Shown here: in pieces, positions 1 through 14,761 of the stretch
Layout of the letters: the number at the start of each line of letters is the position of its first letter
How positions within the stretch are numbered: position 1 is the first letter of the stretch
Notes under the pieces: model-generated
What the model was told of the DNA's origin: nothing
Databases searched by the model: none
What the model saw: only the letters and a program-made list of their open reading frames with translations
Position numbers and translations under genes: made by a program
Origin: Eledone cirrhosa
Taxonomy: Eukaryota
DNA length: 64,000 bases
Assembly (NCBI GenBank): GCA_964016885.1
Contig: OZ024747.1
Coordinates: 88,846,001 to 88,910,000 of the forward strand
Direction: 5' to 3'

Positions 1-445
1 TAATACTACCATTACCACCACTTCTACTGTTACTTGTACTACCATCACCACCACTTCTACTGTTACTAATACTACCATCACCACCACTTCTACTGTTACT
101 AATACTACCATTACCACCACTTCTACTGTTACTAATACTACCATCACCACCACTTCTACTGTTACTAATACTACCATTACCACCACTTCTACTGTTACTA
201 ATACTACCATTACCACCACTTCTACTGTTACTAATACTACCATTACCACCACTTCTACTGTTACTAATACTACCATCACCACCACTACAACTACTGTTAC
301 TAATACTACCATTACCACCACTTCTACTGTTACTAATACTACCATGACCACCACTACAACTACTGTTACTAATACTACCATTACCACCACTACACACTAC
401 AGCTACTGTTACTAATACTACCATCACCACCGCTACAACTACTGC
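1..445. repeat. 33-bp minisatellite (TAATACTACCATTACCACCACTTCTACTGTTAC), followed by ACC/AAC simple repeats to about 905
   Basis: Direct inspection; about 13 units, truncated by the window start. Confidence 0.9.
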
Positions 446-1204
446 TACTACCACTATTACTAACACCACACCTTCAGAAAAACCAAAACCACCAACGCCA
501 CCAGCAACTACCACCACCACCACTAACGCCATCAACACTACCACCACTACTACCCCACTACCACTCCCCCCCCCCCCACCACCAGTAACCCCCATCACCA
601 CCATTGATACATAATCAATTACTATTATCATGCTCTTCATTAGCATCATCAGAATGTGAACATCTCTTTAGCAATAGCAGCAACAACAACAACAACAGTA
701 ATAACAAGAAGTAGAGCTGTAACAACAACAGCAGCAGCACCACCACCAACACCAATAACAACAACAACAGCACCACCAACACCAATAACAAGAACAACAA
801 TACCAACAACAAGAACAGTAATAACAAGAGAGTAACAAGAACAGCAATCAAAACAGCAACAGCAAGAACAACAATAAAAACCAGAACAACAATAAAACAA
901 TTACAACGACTATAATATAATTAATTGAATGTTGTTTATCAGATAAAAGAAAAAAAAACCTGAAGAAATTTCTTATTCCAGCCCATTTAGCAATAAACAT
1001 CTGCATCTAAGCTGGTATAAACTGGTTAGAAAGCAGAATATTGTTGTTTGACAAGAAATTGGTGCAGTTTTCTAGTACCTTGATTCTATTCACTTGGCAC
1101 TAATACCATTTCAGTGCAGATACATGTAATTTATCTTCATCATCATCATCATCATCCTCAATAAATGTCAGTTTTCCCTGCTAGCAAGTGTTGGGTGGGT
1201 CAAG

Positions 1205-1390
1205 AGAAGCTGCTGATCTCTTAGAGAGACTAGGAGTCTGCATCTTGCTAGGGGAGTTGCTAACCTCTTAGAGGGAACAGGAGTCTGCATCTTGCTTGGG
1301 GAGCTACTGACCTCTTAGAGGGACCAGGAGTCCCCAATCTTGCTTGGGGAGCTACTGACCTCTTGGAATGACTGAGAGTCTCCATCTTGT
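1205..1390. repeat. ~45-bp tandem repeat (4 units) inside a minus-strand RTE-tail SINE
   Basis: GAGCTACTGACCTCTTAGAGGGA.CAGGAGTCTGCATCTTGCTTGGG units. Confidence 0.8.
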
Positions 1391-1519
1391 TTATATATAC
1401 ATTCCCACAACTTTACTAAGTATTCAGATAGGCCAGGATCCAGTATCTCACTTACAAACCTCCTCATATTCTATAGAGTGCATTTTTCGCGGCATCAAAC
1501 TAGAGAGGTTGTGGTGTGG

Positions 1520-1830
1520 TGTGTGTGTCTGTGTGAATATCATGACTCATACACTCTTCATTTTCCTGACGGATTGGCAGTATCGGTAGAGGGTCGGACG
1601 CCATGCTTTGCAGCAAAGAGTTATGGCCCTTTGTGGTCTGAGTTCAAATCCCGCCGCGGTTAACTTTGCCTTTCATCATTACGGGGTCGATAAAATAAAG
1701 TACCAGTAATACACTGGGATAATTGCTGGCCTTGTGCCAAAAGTAGAAACAATTATTCTATGTACTATACATGCATCTTTGATGAGTTGTAATGCACCTG
1801 AGCACTGTGCACAATAATTTTCCTTATATA
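1520..1830 (+). mobile_element. CR1 3'UTR remnant interrupted by a tRNA-derived SINE (1571-1755)
   Basis: The flanks match the CR1 3'UTR at 7195-7310. The insert carries a B-box-like GAGTTCAAATCC and the GCCTTTCATC...GGGGTCGATAAAATAAAGTACCAG domain. Confidence 0.8.
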
Positions 1831-2183
1831 ACTTAGACATAGCTAAAGAGTCTACCTGGTTCTTTGTTTCGCAGGTAATCTACAGCTGAATATTTTTTCT
1901 ATCATCAACCACTTTACAGAGAACACTAGGCATGTGTATCATGCAAATCAACAATACTAGGGAGGTTGTCATGCCATGTCTTTGACAGCTGAAGAGTCCT
2001 TTCAACTAAGTGATACAGTGTCAGAGTAATGAGAAAGCTGCTACAAGTTCCCTCAACCTGCTAGAAATAGAAGTCAAATCATTGGGGTTCACTACATATA
2101 AGATACAAAATGGTCACAACTTCAATGGTAGTTTTATTTCATAGAACCAGAGAAGGTTTTGGGGCAGGTTGATATCAAAATGT

Positions 2184-2399
2184 TTAACACTTTAGCATTT
2201 AAACCAGCCAGAATTCTCTCACCTCTTTATGTTCAAACCGGCTGTAACCAGCTGCTCATACTGATGTTAAGGTATTATTCACAAAATAAATATCAAAATT
2301 TCATAGATTCAATATTATGTGAGATAATTATGTGAGCTAAAGTTTTTACCATGAAAATACAATAATAAATATAAAGTCATGTAAATGGTAAAGGGTTAA
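2184..2399 (+). mobile_element. piggyBac-like MITE, about 215 bp
   Basis: TTAA target duplication and CCCTTTAGCATTTA...TAAATGCTAAAGGG-type terminal inverted repeats. Family copies at 28886-29100, 29644-29854(-), 32020-32224, 34650-34965, 40092-40293, 43268-43483, 54369-54490 and 54505-55634(-, split). Confidence 0.8.
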
Positions 2400-2649
2400 T
2401 CTGTGTTGTACTATTGCACTGAGTGATGTTGCTTTTTTATAAGTATTCCAATATTCTTATGTATAACTACAAGCTTGGTTCTCCTTTATTAATCCTGCAG
2501 AATGGAAAGTAGAATTAACTCTGATAGAATGTAAAGCTAGAATGCGACAACTAAATACCATTAAATATTTAGTTCAGTACACTATTAACACTACCATTCA
2601 ACAGGGTTCTCTTGTCTTTAAGGATAATTTTTTACATAAATACAAGGTC

Positions 2650-3215
2650 AGAAACTGGTACTCTATTTTATTGACACTAATAGGGTAAGAAACAAAACTG
2701 ACCTTGGAAGGATTTGAACTCAGTACATAGCAATCCAGAAGAAATACCACAAAGTATTTCGTCAGATGCTCTACTGGTTCTGCCATTCCACTGTCTTTCT
2801 CTTATCAATAATTGTTTCTACTTTAGGCACAAGGCCAGCAATTACCCAGTGCATTACTGGTACTTTATTTTATCGACCCCGTAAGGATGAAAGGCAAAGT
2901 CAACCTCGGCGGGATTTGAACTCAGATCGTAAAGGGACGTAACTATGCTGGAAAGCATGGCGTCCGACCCTCTACTGATACTGCCAATCCACCACTTTCT
3001 CTTATCAATAATGGTTTCTGATTTAGGCACAAGGCCAACAATTTTGGGGAAGGGAAAAGTTTATTAAATTTACCGCAGTGCGCCTCTGGTACTTTATTGA
3101 CCCCGTAAGGATGAAAGGTAAAGCTAACCTCAGCAAGAGTTGAACTCAGAATATAAAGAACTGTAACTATATACCGCAAAATATTGTCTGATGCTCTACT
3201 GATTCTCCCATTCCA
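2650..3215 (-). mobile_element. Cluster of three tRNA-derived SINEs (central domain resembling the Meta/MESC type)
   Basis: Repeated CTGGTACTTTATTTTATCGACCCCGTAAGGATGAAAGGCAAAG..GGATTTGAACTC. The domain name is from recall and unverified. Confidence 0.8.
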
Positions 3216-3779
3216 CTGCCTTTCTCTTATCAATAATAAAAGCTTAATCAAGTTAAATATCTTAGATTTCATTCCCTTTTACCTCCTGACCAAGCTTATT
3301 TTCACTATCATCCCTATGTACTATTAAATCTGTCTTCTTGTGATGACTGTTGTTATGGTAACATCATGTTGATAGTTATCTGTTTAAGAAAATCTGTAAA
3401 TTTTAATTAGATCTTAAAAACCAGTTTTAAAATTCAGTTCTCTTGAAGATTAATATGATCTTTTAAGAAGGATATTTATTATTCTCAAATGATTTTTAAA
3501 CATGGAAGATATTCCTTGAAGAAAGTGCCTGAAAATATGTAAGATGTTGGAAGTTGGATAAAGAACTGAAAGAATGATGGTGCTGGAGAGTGAAGGCACT
3601 CAGTCGTGTAATTATACAGTGAGATTAGAAGATGAGAGCTAATTAAAGATGTGTGCTGAAGAGTTTAAGACTTTCGAAGAAATAAAATGATGTGCTTAAA
3701 ATTTCATTTGGGGAGCTTAAGATTCTTCAATGAATTGAAGTGAAACTATCAGAGACATAGATAGAGAAATGTTGAAGAC

Positions 3780-4495
3780 ATGGTGGTGGTGGTGGTGTTG
3801 GTGGTGGTGTTGGTGATAGTAATGGTGGTGCTGCTGATGTTGTTGTTGTTGTTGGTGGTGATGGTGGTGGTGGTGGTGGTGCTGCTGATGTTGTTGTTGT
3901 TGGTGATGATGATAATGGTGGTGTTGCTGATGTTGTTGTTGGTGATGATATTAATGGTGGTGCTGCTGATGTTGTTGTTGGTGGTGGTGGTGATGGTGGT
4001 AGTGGTGGTGGTGGTGCTGCTGATGTTGTTGTTGCTGTTGGTGGTGATGGTGGTAGTGTTGCTGATGTTGTTGGTGATGATAGTAATGGCGGTGCTGCTG
4101 ATGTTGTTGGTGGTGGTGATGGTGGTGGTGGTGGTGCTGCTGATGTTGTTGTTGTTGTTATTGTTGTTGGTGGTGGTGGTGGTGGTGCTGATGTTGTTGT
4201 TGGTGGTGATGGTGGTAGTGGTGGTGGTGGTGGTGGTGCTGCTGATGTTGTTGGTGGTGGTGGTGATGATGGTAGTGTTGCTGATGTTGTTGTTGGTGAT
4301 GATAGTAATGGTGGTGGTGTTGCTGTTGCTGATGTTGTTGTTGTTGGTGGTGGTGGTGATGATGGTAATGATGGTGTTGCTGATGTTGTTGGTGGTGATG
4401 ATGGTAATGGTGGTGTTGCTGATGTTGTTGGTGGTGATGATAGTAATGGTGGTGGTGTTGCTGTTGCTGATGTTGGTGGTGGTGGTGGTGGTGAA
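3780..4495. repeat. Compound GGT/GAT/GTT trinucleotide repeat
   Basis: Low-complexity triplet array. Similar tracts at 7620-8285, 21410-21600, 53570-53968 and 57050-57430. Confidence 0.9.
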
Positions 4496-4785
4496 CAATG
4501 ATGATATAAATGGTAATCAGGATGATTAACTAGCAGAGTTTGTGCTAACACTGTTGATCATAATGTTGAAGACAACACTAACTATATAAAATACCTGCTC
4601 TACTTTAACCAGATAGACTCAGTGCTAAAATATATCTACCATTCATTACTGTATAGGAAAGATGGCTGAGTAAATATAACATTGGTCATATGGTCATGAG
4701 TTGAAAACTACTGCAGGTATTTTGTTGTATTTCTGGGAAGAATACATTTCCAACATTGTTTCAGTTCACCAAATTGTTTGTAATG

Positions 4786-4973
4786 CAGTGAAATTCCATT
4801 ATAACGAAATTCACGGGGTATAAAAGAAAATTTGTTGTAATGAAAAATTCTTTATAACGAGATCAACTGAAACCAATCAAGAGTTTGTTTGTTATTACCT
4901 TGGGGATTGAAAAAAATGTTGTTATATTGAAAAATTCGTTATAATGGAATTTGTTATAATGGAATTCTACCTG
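4786..4973. mobile_element. Tc1/pogo (Tigger-like) MITE; inverted second copy at 20986-21172
   Basis: CAGTGAAATTCCATTATAACG ... TTATAATGGAATTCTACCTG-TA terminal inverted repeats with internal TTATAAC motifs. Confidence 0.7.
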
Positions 4974-6911
4974 TAGTTACTAGAGCATCTGGGAACTAAG
5001 AATGTTACTTCTTCTAGACTGACATAATATCTAGGAGGTGATTTATCTCTCTTCTACTAACCAACATGAAATCAGAGCTAAGTATCAATCCCCAAAGCCT
5101 TTCATGGTGTAGGAAGTGTTGATACAATTTATTTTATTACATTCACAATTCTAGTTTACTGTTGGTACCATTAGCTCATGTAGTTTATATATCATAATGT
5201 TTAACAAAGTAAACATTTGATAAGATCATAGTTAAATAGGGACTGATATATTTAATGCAATAAACCAAAGTATTTGAATTAGTTAAAATTATATCCATAA
5301 TGAAGAGACTTTCATTACCATACATCAAATGAAAAACACTATGATTTTCAAATAATTTTGAAAATAATTAAGAATTTCAGGGATTTAGTAATATAACTAA
5401 CTTTCTCATCTAATCAAGAAAGTTAAAATTTGAATGCAGTGGGGAAGTGAGTCTGATTTTTTTTATTCAATCAGTTGACCAGTATACACCTTACCAGTCT
5501 AATATTAAAAATAGTGTTAAACTATACTCTTTCATTACCATAGTTTAAATGAAAAAACACTCAATGATTTTCAAATAATTTGGAAAATTTAGTAATATAA
5601 CTAACATTTTTCATCATTAAGTTGGTGTTTAGAATATAACTTTTCAAAGGTTCTTACATAAAGTTTTAATAGAAGGTTTTATAAATAACTTTGTATCACG
5701 AAGGCACATGGCTTAGTGGTTAGGGAATTGGATTTGCAATCATGGGGTTACAAGTTCAATTCTCAGACTGGGTGATGTGTTGTCCTTTTCACATTGCTTC
5801 TTCTGCTAAGAGTTACAGCCAGTAGATAGTATCAGCAGTGGAAAAACCAATGAAAATATTGATCGTATGGTATTGTAGGAGTGGTTTCAGGCTGTTTGGT
5901 ATCAAAGAGGGATTTAAAAAAATGTAAATTTATTAATCATACTGTACAATTTACTGTTACTTATACTGCTCCTCAAATAAAACTGTATTAACTGTATTAA
6001 GTGTGAGTCAGACTAGATCAGTTACAGGAAGTTTATACTTTCCAGTGCACTGAATAACTAGTCGTGAGTCAGGCCAGTTCACAAATATCTAAAATATTCT
6101 ATAGTAGACATCTGATTCAAACAAGTTTGGTAAAGTGCAGACACCAAAGATCAATAACAATTAATATATGGTGATCTGGCATTTTTTAAATGAGTAAATT
6201 GTATGTATGTGTATGGATGTACACATAAATACATATACATGGTGTGACTGAGCTATATATGTAGCCATGCCACATAGACCACATGGCAATGCTTACTACA
6301 TTAATTTAAAAGATTACTTTGAAATGATGAGGTCTCTAGTTCAATCCTACTTTGTGGCATTTGGGGCAAATGTCTTTTAACATAGCTTCAAGTTAACCCA
6401 AAACTTGTGAGTGAAATTAGAAAGATGGAAACTGTGAAAACTTGTCAGATTGTTTGTATCAAGCAACAGACAAAGTGAGGAAGGGGTAAAGAAGGGCAGA
6501 TCTGGCTGTATAGAAAAGTAAAGGAAAGGGCTATAAATGCCATAAATGAGAGGAAAAGGAGGGAAAAAAACAGGACTATTAGGCCATGGAAGGAAGGGGA
6601 GAGGGTGATAGGTTTTATGCCTGGGGCAGAATAGTGCTTCATGTGTACCTAGATTCATCATGTCATATTATCATATCAAAATGATTTGACCTTGAGTATA
6701 TTCTAGAAAATATAACTATATTTTGGAAACAAACAATTTTTACTCAGAGAAATACATTGTGAGCCAATGTGGGGGACAAGCTTCTCTGTAGTCACCTGAT
6801 TGATTGAAAATTGGTACCAAATCTTTTAAATATCACCGTAACATCTTCAATGTAGGACATATTGGATAATGTAATCTTATATATATTGATGAATAAAAAC
6901 TAAACATTATT

Positions 6912-7320
6912 GGTAGATACCCACAAAATTATTAACCCCTTTCCAACAACAACCCTGGGTACCTTTATGAATTCCTTGTGTCTAACACCCATGGACATGC
7001 TTACAAAATCAGAAAACAATACAGCTCCCATGACTTTCGGAAACATTTTTTCATGCTCAGAGTTGCTGAAGCATGGAATAAACTACCTGCATCTGTTCAC
7101 AGCTGTCGGAACAATGCATCCTTCAAAACTTCCATGCTTTCCGAAAATCGCCAACACTACACCTGACATTCTCCCTCCATACACACGCACACATGTCTGT
7201 GTGTATATCATGACTCATACATTTTCCTGACACTTGTATATTATTCTATGTACTATACATGCACCTTTGATGAGTTATAGTGCACCTAAGCACTGAACAC
7301 AATAATTTTCATTATTATTA
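6912..7320 (+). mobile_element. CR1/L2-group LINE 3' fragment
   Basis: THKII...SNTHGHAYKIRKQYSSHDFRKHFFMLRVAEAWNKLP, followed by a 3'UTR ending in (ATT)n; homologous to 54691-55601 and 60952-61755. Confidence 0.85.
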
Positions 7321-8350
7321 TCTTTATGTAAAGGTCAAATTTTTAAACTTATTAAGCAATGAGGGAATATATAAGATGTAGTGGCTGCTGCAATATTTCT
7401 CCATCTCTAGAAGTCTTTACCTGATTTCTATAAGCTATTTTATAGCAACTGACTGTAATTGGAGTTATTTTCTGTGCCTGAGCTTCATAGATCTTCTTAT
7501 AAACAGAAACCCTTGTGTTTCACTGAAGTGAACAGTTATAACCAAAAAAGCTTTTTATAGAATGACCAAAATAGTAGTAAGAGTACTGTATTCATTGATT
7601 TTAGATATTTCTAACCCTACAATTAACACTAACACCACTACCAATTCAATCATCTCCACCACAACTACCATCACCATCACTACCATCATCTCCACTACCA
7701 CTACCATCACCTCCACTACCAATACCATCAACACCACTACCACCACTACCAATACAATCATCTCCACTACCAATACAATCAGCTCCACCACCACTACCAT
7801 CACCATCACTACCAATACCATCTCCTCCACTACCAATACCACCACTACCACTACCATTACCATCAACTCCACTGTCTCCACTGTAATCAACTTTAGTAAT
7901 AACATCAGCAACATGGACTTTACTACTACTGTTATGACCTACTGCCAGTGACTTTTACCATTATGACTACTGCTGCCACCACCACCAGAAGATTGATCAC
8001 AACTATCACCATTAACACCACCACCAGAATCAACACTACCACAATCAACACTACCACCATCAATACCACCACCATCACCTCCACCACCACCAGCACAAGC
8101 ACCAACACCAGCTGTATCACCACCATCAACATCACCACAATCAATACAACCACCATCAGCACTACCACCATCAACATCACCACTACCACCACAAACACTA
8201 CGAGAGTATTGATCACAACTACAACTACCACAATTACCATCTCCAGTACCACCTACACCTGCACCACTACCATCACCACCAAATCATACTCTTTTGTCTT
8301 ATTACTTTTACTTTAATACTATACCTAGGCATTGCCAGGTACCTCTGCTA

Positions 8351-8408
<58 letters not shown>

Positions 8409-8437
8409 TCATATATATATATATACACCTACTCTGC

Positions 8438-8468
<31 letters not shown>

Positions 8469-9487
8469 CCTTATATACACCTACTCTGCAACTTAATATG
8501 AATATATATGAGACAGAAATAATGGAAGAGAGGGGAGATAAATAAGAGAAAAACAAAAGAAAGAGATAGAAAAATAAATTGAAAAGTTAATGGTTTGAGA
8601 ATAGAAAAAGATAAAACAAGTTGGAGAGAAAGTGAGAAACATGAATATAAAGAGAGAGAGAGAGAGAGCAAAAGAGGGTGAACAAGAGGGAGAGATACAA
8701 ATAAAGAGAGAGAGAGTGAGAGAGTAGGAACTTGTTATATCCATTTCCAGCTACTTTGGTATCTATTTTTCTAACTTTAGGTAAGACTGGAATTCCACAA
8801 TGTGTGTTGGTCAGGTTTCACTTTTGAAGTATCTGCTATTTTGTAGATATAGATATTTTTTCTAACATTCACAACTCTTCTGTTTGCTGCTTAGAACCTA
8901 TTAATCGACTGGAACCGGTTGCAATCAATTCTTGACTTCCTGGTAATTGTAGAATTTTCAGCAAATTGTTCTAGTTGATTCCACTTGAATTCTGTCATGA
9001 TTGCTGATCAATTCAGTCGACATAATAACTGGTTATTTCACAGGGATCAGCAATTGAATAATTTCACTTCTCCATGGCAAGTAGAATCGTCCATGTTTGA
9101 TTGTTAGAAATTTCAACTAATCAATAGCTTTGTTCCTTTGAATAACACTCGTTGTTTTCCCAACTAAATTAAATAAGTGGATAACATTTGGTTCTAAATC
9201 ATGTATTATAAGCACATCTGATTGCAATCCACATAAAGGAGGCAGTAACAGTGAATTTAAAGTTTAACTCTTAACATCCTGTAGTGGTTGAGCAGAAAAT
9301 ATATAAATGTGGGTTTGTTGATTCAAATGTTTATAGTATCTTTACTAGTTGACAGTTTACTGTGAACATTTTCAGTATTAGAAGGAAAGTTTTAATTTTT
9401 AATGTGATATAGTCATAGTATTGTTTAGTACTTTTCAAGAATTAGATTTTTATTGATGTCATAGTGTTATTTAGTACTTTTCAAGAA

Positions 9488-9945
9488 TGTCTTACTGATG
9501 TAGGTTCTCCTTTCTTACACATTACATCTGATTCCTTTTATACCCAATTTTTCTCTCAGTTCATCCATGCTGTGTCGTTTTCATACATTAGCATCACTCA
9601 TCCACCGAAGCATGCTTGCTTCATTTCTCTCCAGCCTTCACATATCCTCTACATTCACTGCCGATTTCTCACTACTATGCCACATTGCATTTTACACCCT
9701 CGTCTAACCTGTGCCAGCGTGGAAAAGTGGACATTACCCGTTTATGATGATGATGATGATGATGACACAGGCATCATACAGCCAACCTTTTGTTGTTGGG
9801 AGAAACTTTTTGTTGCTAACAGCTCCTTAAACTTCTTCCACCCAGTTCTTATTCTAGCTACTATGCTCTCAGAGCACTCTCCTCCATTGCTAATTATATT
9901 ATCTGGGTAGCAGAAGCTATCAACTACTTCTATGGATGTTTCCTG
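9488..9945 (-). mobile_element. Degenerate RTE-clade LINE RT C-terminal fragment with a SINE tail inserted at about 9707-9765
   Basis: Minus-strand translation gives IEVVDSFCY...ECSESIVARIRTGWKKFKELL and RLERNEASMLRWM...ELREKLGIKGI, with stop codons. Confidence 0.7.
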
Positions 9946-10809
9946 TGGTTGGAAAAGGTTTATATCAGAGGTAGAGAAAGGTAGATAGTGAAAGAGAGGG
10001 CAAGAGAGAGGTAGTTAGTAAAAGAAAGGGTAAGAGAAAGGTTAGTAAAAGAGAGGGTAAGAGAAAGAGGGAGAAGGTAAGAGAGCAGTAGTAAAAGAGA
10101 GGTAGTATAAGAAAAAGAGGTAACGTAAGAGAGAGTAAAAGAAAGGTAGTTAGTGTAAGAGAGGGTAATAAAGAGGTAATATAAGAGAGAGTAAAAGAAT
10201 GGTAGCTAATAAAAGAGAGGTATCTAATATAAAAGAGCAAGCAACTACAGAGATTGTTCAACAGTTAGATTGAAGTCAGTCATCCATATCAAATGGTCAA
10301 TCATATTTCCACTTCATACATCAAGTTATTTCAGCAGAAACATTCTCCTTTTTTTTTTTTTACCTCTTTCACTTTCCTAATATAATTTTTTCTTTTTAAA
10401 TCTTTTCATGGTATTTCATAATTATAATTTCATTTCATGGTCATTTATTTATACTTTGAAATATTAATGCATTTATATGAGAAACACTCCCCACCCTCGT
10501 CACCCACCTCCATATAAAGAAAAGAAAAGAGAGAGAGATAGTTGATCTATTTTTGACAGACAATATAGATAGGCAAATAAATAGCTCTATTATATCTAAA
10601 AAAAAATCATAATGGGGGATATATTTATACATGATTTTAATGAGGGCAATAACAATTGTGTAAGCATAAATATCAGCAATCTATACCATCTCTAACTCAG
10701 TGATATGTGTTTGGACAATATGGGTGAATGCTCTCTGGCATGCAGAACCTCCAGGCACAAGTCTCCTCATGAACATAGTGAAGAGAATGGAGAAAGTGTT
10801 ATTCTAGAG

Positions 10810-10995
10810 CAGGGTTTCTCAAACTTTTTCAAACAAGGAACCCTCTTTGGTTCAGAAACTTCTGGAGGAACCCCAAAGTCTAATACTGTTATATGGTCGT
10901 AATATAAATATATTCCTCTACTTTTTTTTCACAGAACCTCAGACACTCTTTTGTGGAATCCTTGGGTTCTACGGAACTCACTTTTGGAACCCCTG
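10810..10995. mobile_element. hAT-type MITE
   Basis: CAGGGTTTCTCAAAC ... TTTGGAACCCCTG termini with GGAACCC subterminal motifs. Confidence 0.65.
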
Positions 10996-11610
10996 TGCTG
11001 GTGGATAGTGAGGGAAATACATTAAAATAGCCATTTTAACTCACGGGTCTCACTCCTACCTCATGGGCCAACTCCACCCTGATAGCAGTGAGTAAGGAGG
11101 TGGTTTGTGAAATAAAAATGCCAGATACGTATGTATGTTCGGAGGACTCTTCAGTTTGTGCCAAAATACATGAAGACTTCACCTGTGCACTTGATAGAAT
11201 ATATCCTAGGAAGGGCATTCAACTGTAGAAGGCTTGCCAAATGAAGGGCTGGGAAGATGGTGTCACGATAAGGAGGTGAGAGCTACACTAGTGTTGCTGA
11301 TCTACATGATAAATGTACCCAGTAATTGCTGTAAAATGGTTGGTGATAGGAAAAGCATCCAACTGTAGAAAGCTTGCCAAACAAAGGATTGGGAAGACCA
11401 CCAGTTGTGTCGGAGACAAGACAGCCTCTCCTGTGCACTCAGTAGAACATGAGACCATACATAAGTGAGATATAGATCCCTGGCTTGTCTGAGAGATCAG
11501 CAGCCCCTCTTCAGAACTGACTTGGTCTATGTAAACTCGTCCTGCCCTTGCTAGCAGGGAAAGTGCAAGATAAACGATGATGATGATATATATATATATA
11601 TATATATATA

Positions 11611-11770
11611 TAAATGGCTTCTACAGGACTAGAACTGTTTCATTCGAAGGAAATCCTTCAAATGAAACAGTTCTAGTCCTGTAGAAGCCATTTATATATT
11701 AAAAATGTATACTCTGCTATGTATTAAGTATCTTACATACTGTGGTTACCCCCGATTAAACCCAAGATTC
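11611..11770. mobile_element. Fold-back palindromic insertion after a (TA)n tract, with a hammerhead 3' half; probably PLE-related
   Basis: Perfect 34-bp arms at 11611-11644 and 11661-11694, inner stem GAAGG/CCTTC, each arm carrying GAAAC-agttcta-GTC. The right side extends about 75 nt further. Confidence 0.7.
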
Positions 11771-12229
11771 ACACACACACATATGTATGTATGTATGTTT
11801 GTATGTATGTTCTTCTGGTTTTATAATTTCACAAATTTTTGCCAATAGAGAGACAGTCGGCTTCTAACACAGACACAAGACTCTCTCATTGGAATTTACA
11901 CAACATCAACTAGGTAGATATGTATGCATGTCTGCATGCATGTGTGTGCAGGTATGGATGTTATTGTATGTGTGGATGTGTATGTTTTGAGTTGTATGTG
12001 TGCATGTGCTTTGTATCGGTACATGTGTATATGCAGTTAATAGATGCAAAGTTTTGGAATGTTTTACATATTTTTACTGTTCCATTAATGGATTGTATTT
12101 GTAATTTCCTCACTAGTTGTGTTCTTTCTGTTCCTGTGAAGCCTAGCTTCCCAAGATTTGTATTGAGGCAGTTACTAACATATCACAGTGCCCCAATAAT
12201 CACAGGCATAAACCTGAAGTATGTAGGGA

Positions 12230-12301
12230 TGTATGTATGGATGTATGTGTATATATATATGTGTATATATATATATATATGTATATATATATGTGTATAT
12301 A

Positions 12302-12358
<57 letters not shown>

Positions 12359-12487
12359 ATATATGTATATATATGTGTATATATGTGTATATATATGTAT
12401 ATATATGTGTATATATGTGTATATATGTATATATATATATGTGTATATATATATGTATATATGTATATATATATATGTGTATATATA

Positions 12488-12518
<31 letters not shown>

Positions 12519-12568
12519 GTGTATATATATATATGTGTGTGTATATATATATATGTGTGTGTATATAT

Positions 12569-12608
<40 letters not shown>

Positions 12609-12720
12609 GTGTATATATATATATATATATATGTGTGTATATATATATGTGTATGTATATGTGTATATATATATATATGTGTGTATATATATGTGTATAT
12701 ATATACACATATATATATAC

Positions 12721-12751
<31 letters not shown>

Positions 12752-13298
12752 CATATATATATATAAATATATATATACATATATATATATATACATATAT
12801 ATGTACATATATATATACATATATATATATATACATATATATATACATATATACATATACATATATACATATATACATATACATATATACATATATATAT
12901 ATACATATATATATACATATATACATATATACATATACATATATACATATACATATATACATATAATTATATATATATATACATATACATATATACATAT
13001 ATACATATACATATATACACATATACATATACACATATACACATATACATATACATATACACATATACACATATACATATACACATATACATATACACAT
13101 ATACATATACACATACATATATACATATACACATACATATATACACATACATATATACACATATATATATACACATATATATATATACATATATTTAAAA
13201 AAATATATATACATACATATATATACATATCATCATCATCATCACCGTTTTACGTCCGTTCTTCCACGCTAGCATGGGTTAGATATATATATATATAC

Positions 13299-13331
<33 letters not shown>

Positions 13332-13356
13332 CATATATATATGCATATATATATAC

Positions 13357-13387
<31 letters not shown>

Positions 13388-13400
13388 CATATATATATGC

Positions 13401-13447
<47 letters not shown>

Positions 13448-13460
13448 CATATATATATAC

Positions 13461-13521
<61 letters not shown>

Positions 13522-13598
13522 CATATATATATACATATATATATATACATATATATATATACATATATATATACATATACATATATATATATATATAC

Positions 13599-13643
<45 letters not shown>

Positions 13644-13655
13644 CATATATACACA

Positions 13656-13687
<32 letters not shown>

Positions 13688-13820
13688 CATATATACACAT
13701 ATACATATATATATATATATAAATATATATATACATATATATATACATATATATATATAAATATATATATACATATATATATACATATATATACATATAT
13801 ATATACATATATATATATAC

Positions 13821-13863
<43 letters not shown>

Positions 13864-13972
13864 TATATAAATATACATATATATATACATATATATATAA
13901 ATATACATATACATATATATATACATATATATATACATATACATATATATATATATATACATATATATATAC

Positions 13973-14003
<31 letters not shown>

Positions 14004-14015
14004 CATATATACACA

Positions 14016-14047
<32 letters not shown>

Positions 14048-14096
14048 CATATATACACATATATATATATATATATACACATATATATATATACAC

Positions 14097-14127
<31 letters not shown>

Positions 14128-14266
14128 TATATACATATATACATATATACACATATATATATACACACATATATATATATATACACATATATATACACAA
14201 ATATATATACATATATATACATATATACACATATATATATATACACACATATATATATATACACAC

Positions 14267-14297
<31 letters not shown>

Positions 14298-14559
14298 CCT
14301 ATATACATATACATATAATATACATATATATACATGTACATATATATACATGTACATACATATACATGTATATACATATACATGTATATACATGTACATG
14401 TATATACATATACATCTATATACATATACATGTATATACATACTCATATATATACATACACATATATATACATACACATATATATATACACATATATATA
14501 CATACACATATATATATATACACACATATATATATATACACATATATATATACATACAC

Positions 14560-14604
<45 letters not shown>

Positions 14605-14761
14605 TACATATATATACATATATATATATATATACATATATATACATATATATATATATACATTTATATAGATATATATATATATACATATATATACATA
14701 TATATATATATACATATATATATATACATATATATATACACATATATATATACATATATAT
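12230..14761. repeat. 2.5-kb degenerate (TA)n/(TATG)/(TACA) microsatellite
   Basis: Direct inspection; interrupted by a SINE tail at 13229-13282. Confidence 0.95.

Noticed and set aside
3727-4551. Pro/Thr-rich mucin- or extensin-like ORF and overlapping poly-Val/Thr ORFs (also at 615-900, 7555-8316 and 57136-57475)
   Set aside because: Trinucleotide repeat tracts open in several frames on both strands, with no splice or homology support.
5699-5800. tRNA genes at SINE heads (also 22440-22540 and 62438-62510)
   Set aside because: A and B boxes are present but there is no intact cloverleaf, and each continues into shared SINE body sequence.
12117-12218. Possible upstream non-coding SLCO exon (CACTAG acceptor, GTATGT donor)
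   Set aside because: Splice-like signals alone are too common to support a call without transcript data.
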